Position numbers and translations under genes: made by a program
Assembly (NCBI GenBank): GCA_048939015.1
Contig: JBHLPW010000097.1
Location: forward strand, 1 to 11,484
Origin: Promethearchaeota archaeon
GTDB taxonomy: Archaea > Asgardarchaeota > Lokiarchaeia > Sigyniarchaeales > SOKP01
Direction of reading: 5' to 3'
Length of the DNA stretch: 11,484 nucleotides
In this document: positions 1 to 6,218 of the stretch, in pieces
Position numbering within the stretch: the stretch's first letter is position 1
Layout: every line of letters begins with the position of its first letter
The notes under the pieces: generated by a model
The model's input: only the letters and a program-made list of their open reading frames with translations
Database searches by the model: none
Told to the model about the DNA's origin: nothing

Positions 1-849
1 AATAGTAAATCTGATTTTGAATTCTTACTGCATACTATTTCTTCCCCAGTAACATATGATATTTTACGATTATATTCAAAAAGAAATTATAATTTAACTG
101 AGACTGCAAAAAATCTGAATTTATCGATTTCTACAGTTCAAGATAACCTCAAGAAGCTCGAAAAATCAGAGTTGATTTATTCTAATAAAAAAAAATATCA
201 ATTATCTGGTTTTGGAAAATTTATTTTATTAGAATTAGAAAAAATTAATAAATTCAATAAACTAAATCAGTTTTTAGGCAAAATTCCTGCGGATTTAATT
301 CCCCCTCAATTTTTAAATGAATTGGCTAAAAACGTCTCTAATATACATATTGGAACAAGTTCGATGACTTTTATGAGTTATATGAATGATATCATCAAAG
401 ATTTAAAAAACGCTATAGTGAATGGATACCATGAATTTAAAGTTATAGGATGGTGGAGTCTTAAAATGGATATTGATTTCTTTAAAACTTTTTTTAAAGG
501 ATTTGAATTAAATATACCTACGTTTGAAAAAATAAGTAAGCATTTCAAGTTCGAACTTATAACTAATGAAACTGTTCTTAATGAGATTTTGAACGATAAA
601 AATTTTAATGAGTTAATAAATCATTTTCAAGCGTATGAATCCATTCAAATTTCCGAGAAGTTAAAAAATTGTAATATTACGATAATTGGATATGAGAAAT
701 TAGTTGTTTTTTTATTAGTTGAGAATAATGATTTTAACCTAAGTAATTTTCTTTTTATTGAAGATAATGATAATTGTCTACAATTTTTTGAAAATCTCTT
801 CAATTATTATTTGAAATCTTCTAAATCTATTGAATCTTTTATTAAGTAA
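1..849 (+). CDS. Winged-helix (ArsR-like) transcriptional regulator with C-terminal DUF1724/FilR1-like effector domain; 5'-truncated by the window
   Basis: Frame 1 is open from base 1 and reads NSKSDFEFLLHTISSPVTYDILRLYSKRNYNLTETAKNLNLSISTVQDNLKKLEKSELIYSNKKKYQLSGFGKFIL. This is a textbook archaeal wHTH (LTETAKNLNLSISTVQDNLKKLE, then the wing YQLSGFG). The TTG at 172 in the ORF track lies inside the HTH, so the true start is upstream of the window. The C-terminal FFENLFNYYLKSSKSI resembles the end of archaeal HTH-DUF1724 regulators. Confidence 0.8.
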   Translation, partial: NSKSDFEFLLHTISSPVTYDILRLYSKRNYNLTETAKNLNLSISTVQDNLKKLEKSELIYSNKKKYQLSGFGKFILLELEKINKFNKLNQFLGKIPADLIPPQFLNELAKNVSNIHIGTSSMTFMSYMNDIIKDLKNAIVNGYHEFKVIGWWSLKMDIDFFKTFFKGFELNIPTFEKISKHFKFELITNETVLNEILNDKNFNELINHFQAYESIQISEKLKNCNITIIGYEKLVVFLLVENNDFNLSNFLFIEDNDNCLQFFENLFNYYLKSSKSIESFIK

Positions 850-869
850 AAAAAGAGAGTCTGAAAAAG

Positions 870-1523
870 TTGGAAGAAGAGAACACGTGCATTGTATCGG
901 GAAAATTAGATTGTAAAACATGTGATATCAAAAACTTGCTAATATGCGAGATAGACGTAAAAAAGGCACGAAAGTTCGTACTGGGCAACACTATTTACCG
1001 ATTAATTGCTTTAACGATCTTTCTATTTCTAGGTTTAATGACAAACCAATGGTTGTGGTTCTATTCTTATGGAATAATAGTTGCACTGACATTTATTTTG
1101 ATTGAACCTCGGGTACTATGCAGTCATTGTCCTCATTATGCTCGAAATGGTAAATTTTTAAAATGTTGGGCACTCCGTGGAATGCCAAAATTATGGAGAT
1201 ATAACCCAGGACCGATTAGCAAGGCTGAAAAGAACATAATGCTTATACTTGGTTTTTTTATTGATCTTTTTCCTTTTATTGGGGTGATTTATGGAATTGT
1301 TATATTTATTTTAAATCCTTTTGGTCAATTAGTTTATGGAATCGGTTTAATTATTACAACAATATTTTTTACTTATATGGTATATTATTTCAGCAAAGTA
1401 TTATTAGGGGATGCTTGCAAGCGATGTCCTAATTTTTCATGTGGAATGAATAAAGTACCTAAAGAAGTCGTTAATAAGTTTCTTGAAAAAAATCCTGTAG
1501 TGCAAAAAGCATGGGATAAGTAG
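870..1523 (+). CDS. Uncharacterised 4-TM membrane protein with 10 conserved Cys (putative Fe-S/Zn-binding); paralog A
   Basis: 217 aa, TTG start 20 bp after the regulator stop. It has four hydrophobic segments and the motifs C-x7-CKTC-x7-C, LCSHCPHY..KC, WRYNPGPIS and CKRCPNFSC..NKVPKEVV..AW. It aligns end to end with 5497..6147. Confidence 0.88.
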   Translation: MEEENTCIVSGKLDCKTCDIKNLLICEIDVKKARKFVLGNTIYRLIALTIFLFLGLMTNQWLWFYSYGIIVALTFILIEPRVLCSHCPHYARNGKFLKCWALRGMPKLWRYNPGPISKAEKNIMLILGFFIDLFPFIGVIYGIVIFILNPFGQLVYGIGLIITTIFFTYMVYYFSKVLLGDACKRCPNFSCGMNKVPKEVVNKFLEKNPVVQKAWDK

Positions 1524-1848
1524 TCTTAAACAAATTATTTTTCGGAAAAGTTGAGTTATATACTTTATGTCATACAATGTCAGGCAAAAATCGAATATCA
1601 CTAAACTATATTTTACGATCCGATATAGCTTGAATATAGCTAAAAAATTCTGAATTTTGATAACTTGATTGCCAAAAGTATCTTCTTTAAGATTTCCATG
1701 GAAGAAAAAGATCCTACCTTCTCTATACTTCCTTTACGACTGAAGAAATTTTAATTTAATAGTCTTTGTATTTAAAAATATTTATATACACATTATTAGA
1801 TTATGTATTTGATTATTTAATACATTTAATTTAAAAGAGGTGTCAGTA

Positions 1849-2223
1849 GTGGGCATTAGATTTAATAATAAAGAAATTGTAGATGCAGAAAAATATTACG
1901 GAACAATCCACATATCAGAACGGCAGAAAACTCTACTCGAACCAGTTGCTAAAATAATAAGTGATCAAATTAATGTTTCTGAAAGAGCAGTAAAAGGTTT
2001 TTTATGGAGAGCCGTTAGAGAATGGCAAATGGAAAATAAAAAAGATCTCTCAGAAGCTGAAGCTTTAAGTCCTGATCAACGAGTTCTTCTCTTTAAAAAA
2101 ATAATGGAATTAATTAAACACACATTCACGAGAATATTAATTGATAATTCTCAAGAGCATTTATTAGATAAAGCATTAAATGATGTTTTATCAATTTATA
2201 AAACTCGATATTTGAGGACATAA
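1849..2223 (+). CDS. Hypothetical soluble, mainly alpha-helical protein (~124 aa)
   Basis: ORF 1840..2223 with a protein-like amphipathic composition. GAGGTG at 1837-1842 is a Shine-Dalgarno motif 6 nt upstream of GTG 1849, so 1849 is preferred over 1840 as the start. T8/T9 tracts follow the stop. Confidence 0.75.
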   Translation: MGIRFNNKEIVDAEKYYGTIHISERQKTLLEPVAKIISDQINVSERAVKGFLWRAVREWQMENKKDLSEAEALSPDQRVLLFKKIMELIKHTFTRILIDNSQEHLLDKALNDVLSIYKTRYLRT

Positions 2224-2246
2224 TCATTTGTTATAAAATAACTAAA

Positions 2247-2267
2247 TTTTTTTTAAAATTTTTTTTT
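2247..2267 (+). terminator. Archaeal oligo-T terminator for 1849..2223
   Basis: T8 (2247-2254) and T9 (2259-2267) runs lie 24-44 nt downstream of the stop codon. Confidence 0.55.
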
Positions 2268-2295
2268 CATCTATTTGAATTATCAAGATAGGGAT

Positions 2296-2372
2296 AACGC
2301 AGGTAGGCAAGAAGTTATTAGGTTTTTGGAAAAAATCCTATATTGAAAAGAGCATGGGAAATAAAAGAATAA
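2296..2372 (+). pseudogene. Decayed 3' fragment of a third copy of the 10-Cys membrane protein gene
   Basis: Reads NAGRQEVI-RFLEK/(1-nt deletion in the A run at 2330-2335)/NPILKRAWEIKE*, compared with paralog A NKVPKEVVNKFLEKNPVVQKAWDK*. By hand count, 2311-2360 matches 1464-1517 at 40 of 50 aligned nt, with one 3-nt and one 1-nt gap. Confidence 0.7.
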
Positions 2373-2379
2373 ATTTTCG

Positions 2380-2389
2380 AAAAAAAAAA
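2380..2389 (-). terminator. Oligo-T terminator for 2396..2950
   Basis: A10 on the + strand (T10 on -) lies 7 nt after the stop of the minus-strand gene. Confidence 0.55.
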
Positions 2390-2395
2390 TAAATT

Positions 2396-2950
2396 CTACT
2401 TTTTCAATTTAAAGATAGTAGTTAATCCAGCTAAATGTGAAAGATCGGTTTTGTTAAGATCGTCTTCTTTAGGATTCCAACCAAAAAGCATTTTGGCTGC
2501 TTTTTCAAATTTTGCAATATACCATTTTAATATATCAATTTTATGATTGATTTCGGAAATACTCTCAATTTCAGGTTTGAATTTGTGAAATCCACGCATA
2601 ACTAAAACAAAATCTGGATCTGCACGTAGGTTTTTAACCCAAGTCGCATTTTCACCCCTAGCTGCAAATATTATAATATCACCCTCATACTTTCTATATT
2701 CTAAAGGAGTTCTTCGTTTTTTTCCCGTCTTCCACCCTTTTGTAATTAAGACTAAAAAAATTTTCCCAAAACCTAAGAGTGGCAATAATTTTATTCTATA
2801 TAATGGAACCATTAAATATTTGTTTATTTTTTTCCATCTATTTAATGTCTTTTTCTTGGAAGGTTCATCTTGAGAATGAAAATTAAACATTACAGATCCT
2901 TTCCGAGGTAACTGTCCATTATCTACACTAATTTCATTTGAATTAGACAT
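2396..2950 (-). CDS. Deazaflavin (F420H2)-dependent nitroreductase/quinone reductase family protein (Ddn/DUF385-like split beta-barrel)
   Basis: Motifs LVLITKGWKTGKKRRTPL (family consensus LLLTTxGRKSGxxRxTPL) and ARGENATWVKNLRADP (consensus W-x-x-N-L-x-A-x-P). Confidence 0.8.
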   Translation of the reverse strand: MSNSNEISVDNGQLPRKGSVMFNFHSQDEPSKKKTLNRWKKINKYLMVPLYRIKLLPLLGFGKIFLVLITKGWKTGKKRRTPLEYRKYEGDIIIFAARGENATWVKNLRADPDFVLVMRGFHKFKPEIESISEINHKIDILKWYIAKFEKAAKMLFGWNPKEDDLNKTDLSHLAGLTTIFKLKK

Positions 2951-3101
2951 TATTACAATGAGAATAAGTTTATTAATTAGTAATTTGAAATGATTTAATT
3001 CTATAAATACATAATTATTATGAATTTAAGAAAATTAAAAGAATTAATATCATAATTTTTAAGCTTATAATTGATTTTTTTAATAATTTGCATAGAATAG
3101 T

Positions 3102-3761
3102 TTGATTCAAATGCCATTTAGTAATAATAAAGTAAAAGAGATATTTGATAAAGAGGCGGATAACCTTTTATTTTGGTATCTAGATACATTATTTACTCGA
3201 GCGACTGAAAATTCTCGATATAGAAAAAAAGCAATAAAGTTTTTGAATATAACTCCAGAATCATCAATTATTGACATTGCCTGTGGAACGGGCTTTAATT
3301 TTAAAATAATTGAAAGTTATTTAAATAAAAACGGAATGCTTATAGGTTTAGATATTTCTCCAAGATCTCTTGAATACGCAAATGGAAGGATTAATAAAAA
3401 TAATTGGACAAATGCTAAATTAGTAAGTATAAATATTAGAGATTATAATCCTACTATTCAATTTGATGCTGTTATCTGTACTTATGCAATCTCTATAATT
3501 CCAGATTATATTGAAACAATTGATAAAATGTATAATTTACTCAAAAAAAATGGGAGACTTGCTATAGTTGGCATGAAAATTAGCTCAAGATATCCTTTTA
3601 AATTATTGAATTCCTACATTGATAATTATTATTTGAAATGGGGTATCAATATCCACCGTCCCATTATCAAATATCTCAAATCTAAACCATTTAAATTTGA
3701 ATTCTATGAGGATTGTCATTTTGGATTCGAATATATTCTTGTATTAAAGAAAGTTGCCTAA
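3102..3761 (+). CDS. Class I SAM-dependent methyltransferase (UbiE/PmtA-like)
   Basis: Motif I IIDIACGTGFN, post-I LIGLDISPRSL, motif FDAVICTYAISIIPD and LLKKNGRLAIV. ATG 3111 is an alternative start. The substrate cannot be determined from sequence. Confidence 0.88.
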   Translation: MIQMPFSNNKVKEIFDKEADNLLFWYLDTLFTRATENSRYRKKAIKFLNITPESSIIDIACGTGFNFKIIESYLNKNGMLIGLDISPRSLEYANGRINKNNWTNAKLVSINIRDYNPTIQFDAVICTYAISIIPDYIETIDKMYNLLKKNGRLAIVGMKISSRYPFKLLNSYIDNYYLKWGINIHRPIIKYLKSKPFKFEFYEDCHFGFEYILVLKKVA

Positions 3762-3933
3762 ACATTTTCAATAAATTAGCAAAATATTTGAGTAGGATAA
3801 AGTATTCCTACAAAAAGAATCAAATCTGTTACTTTTTTAAGTTTTTCTAGAAAGGATTTTCATTGTTGCATTTTCATTGAAAGAAAGAAATAGTAATAAA
3901 AAATTATAATAAAAAAATAATATTTACTATGTT

Positions 3934-5214
3934 CTAATAAATTTCACTTCTATTTTTGATATCTAACTGTCCTGGAATGATTGAATTAGACCCACTAACA
4001 ATATAGGCAACTATTGTTGTAATTCCTGCAGGAATAAATAATAGTGGAACCCAAGTCATCTCTACAATAAGGAATATCGCTGCAATAGGATTATTTGTTG
4101 CAGCACCTAGAGCAGCAGAGATTCCTAACATAACGAATAATTCAGGATTAATTGGATAAAAAACAATGCCAAATAACCCTCCGATTATTCCTCCTATAAT
4201 CATTAGAGGCATGATAATTCCAGCACTGTTCAATGTCCCAATTGAAAGAACAATTGCAATAAATATAAAAAGTAAAAAAATTAATAAATGAAACCAAGGA
4301 ATACTCTCGATAAAATTTGTCAATACATTTAAAAGTGACACATCTGGATAAAGAAGCTCTTCACTATATGTAAAATTCAAATAAGGTTTTATTAATAATA
4401 GGAAAATCCCATAACTAATACCTCCTAATAAAGGTAATATCCATAATCCAATTTTTCGTTGAAAAACTTTTTTTAAAGAATTAGTGAAACTTTTTAAGAT
4501 AATCATATAAAAAATAACAAATATTCCCATAATAGCTCCAAAAATAACTAAAATTGGAAATAAAAGGATATAATTGATGGTTTCTGGTGTTGCAGTGAAA
4601 AGCTCAGTAGTTATTAGAGGAGTAAAACCGAAAACAAAACAGAATAAAGTATAGGCAATTGTAGAGGATATTATTGAGGGGATTAACGATTCATAATGTA
4701 AATTATTATTATATGGAAGTTCGGCACAAAATAGAGCTCCACTTATGGGAATTTTTAAAATTGCTGCGGTACAAGCACTAGCGCCAATAAATGAATAATT
4801 CCTTCTATAATGATTATCTTTTTTTGAAAAAAGTACCCCTAAATTTGCTCCGATTAAAAGACCAGGACCTTCCTTTCCACAAATCATTCCAGATCCGAAT
4901 GTACATGACGTTGCGAATGTTTTGGCAATCAAATTTGGTACTTTCATATAATCCAAATCTGTTAAGGCGACCTCTTTTATAAATTGATCTGAACCGGTCC
5001 CCATAATTCTTTCAAACCCTCCATATTTTACTAAAAGACTTGTTAAAATGCTTGCTAAAATTGGTGCTAAAAAATAAGGTATATAAAAAAACCCTGTTTT
5101 GAAAAAAGATAAAAGATAGTTAAACAATATCATTATAAAGCCACATATTACACCAAGAATAACAGCTGTGAAGAATATGCGATAATTAACATGAGTCCAA
5201 GTTATTTTATTCAC
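3934..5214 (-). CDS. CLC-family chloride/anion channel or transporter without CBS domains, atypical selectivity motifs
   Basis: 426 aa, polytopic. Signature motifs are GTGSD (GSGIP position), GKEGP (gating Glu115), PISGALFCAEL, GIIMP (GxFxP position) and NNPIAAIFLIVEMT. GTG start. Confidence 0.9.
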   Translation of the reverse strand: MNKITWTHVNYRIFFTAVILGVICGFIMILFNYLLSFFKTGFFYIPYFLAPILASILTSLLVKYGGFERIMGTGSDQFIKEVALTDLDYMKVPNLIAKTFATSCTFGSGMICGKEGPGLLIGANLGVLFSKKDNHYRRNYSFIGASACTAAILKIPISGALFCAELPYNNNLHYESLIPSIISSTIAYTLFCFVFGFTPLITTELFTATPETINYILLFPILVIFGAIMGIFVIFYMIILKSFTNSLKKVFQRKIGLWILPLLGGISYGIFLLLIKPYLNFTYSEELLYPDVSLLNVLTNFIESIPWFHLLIFLLFIFIAIVLSIGTLNSAGIIMPLMIIGGIIGGLFGIVFYPINPELFVMLGISAALGAATNNPIAAIFLIVEMTWVPLLFIPAGITTIVAYIVSGSNSIIPGQLDIKNRSEIY

Positions 5215-5496
5215 GCCAAATCATCTTGATTAATTTATAAAAAATCAATCATATATGTGCTTAAATTTGTGTAATGTATTTAATTATACTAATATATATA
5301 CATTTTTATTATATCCATTAACCACTTTTATACCAAAAAAATTCAGAGTTTACATAATTAACTGCAATATTTATTTTTGATATATTTATAATACAAATAC
5401 AAGTTTTAGATAAGTTTAATATTTCAACGAATCTTTTCAATAATAATTTTCTTAATCTAATCTTATTATTATTCATAAGAGGAGTATTGAACTGGT

Positions 5497-6147
5497 ATGA
5501 AAGAAAAAGAAGATAGAAGAGTTATTTGCGATTATGGAGATTCTGAGTGTAAAAGCTGTTCTATTGATGGAAAGCTGATGTGTAGTTTTAATATAAAGGA
5601 CACTATTTATTTTATGTTGCCTGTTTTGGGGGTATGGATTACTTGGATTGTGGGTTTTATTCATGGTTTTATTATAGGTAAAATCGATCTTCTCTTTTTG
5701 ATTATCTTTTCAATCATATTTATAGGATATATGATATTTTTCTTTCAAGTTTGGGAGAATAAAATACTCTGTAGTCATTGTCCTTATTATTCGTTTGAAG
5801 ATGAAAAATATGTGAAATGTTATGCTAACTATGGAATTCATAAAGTCTGGAAGTACAATCCCAATCCTATGAGTACTTTTGAAAAAATTCAGTTTTTAGT
5901 TGCACTTGCGATTTTTACTCTCCCTCCCTTAGTCGTATTCGTTATTTTTGAATTATACCTTTATTTCTGGATATCTTTAGTTTTAACATTGGTGTGGTTT
6001 ATCTCAATGCATTTTTTAGGTTGTTCGAGATGTCCAAATTTTAGCTGTCCTCTAAATAATGTACCAAAGGAAGTTGTGGACAACTATTTGAAGCACAATT
6101 CAGTTATGAGAGCAGCGTGGGAAGAAAAGGGCTATGAAATTGAATAA
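5497..6147 (+). CDS. Uncharacterised 4-TM membrane protein with 10 conserved Cys (putative Fe-S/Zn-binding); paralog B
   Basis: 216 aa with motifs C-x6-CKSC-x7-C, LCSHCPYY..KC, WKYNPNPMS and CSRCPNFSC..NNVPKEVV..AW. An SD-like GAGGAG lies at 5479-5484. Homologous to 870..1523. Confidence 0.88.
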   Translation: MKEKEDRRVICDYGDSECKSCSIDGKLMCSFNIKDTIYFMLPVLGVWITWIVGFIHGFIIGKIDLLFLIIFSIIFIGYMIFFFQVWENKILCSHCPYYSFEDEKYVKCYANYGIHKVWKYNPNPMSTFEKIQFLVALAIFTLPPLVVFVIFELYLYFWISLVLTLVWFISMHFLGCSRCPNFSCPLNNVPKEVVDNYLKHNSVMRAAWEEKGYEIE

Positions 6148-6218
6148 TCTATTGAACAATTTATTTGATTACATAAAATTAAACAGGGTTAAATCTGTTA
6201 AAATTCAATCTCATGAAA

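Noticed and set aside
820-849. PIP-box-like C-terminus SKSIESFIK on the regulator
   Set aside because: It lacks the Gln and the second aromatic, and overlaps the normal end of this regulator family. The real PIP box is in NreA (QRTLDYFT).
1119-1139. CSHCPH read as a c-type heme motif
   Set aside because: The motif is CxxCP, not CxxCH, and paralog B has CSHCPY.
2289-2306. TAGGGATAAC resembles the first 10 nt of the I-SceI site / LSU rRNA segment
   Set aside because: The match ends after 10 nt and there is no rRNA context. It borders the pseudogene fragment and is best read as chance.
2319-2340. Imperfect inverted repeat TAGGTTTTT..AAAAATCCTA as a terminator
   Set aside because: Fully explained by the codons R-F-L-E-K-N-P of the decayed paralog fragment.
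3762-3933. Possible gene remnant in the 172-bp spacer after the methyltransferase
   Set aside because: The short + strand open frames show no convincing similarity to any protein in the window or to a family I recognise.
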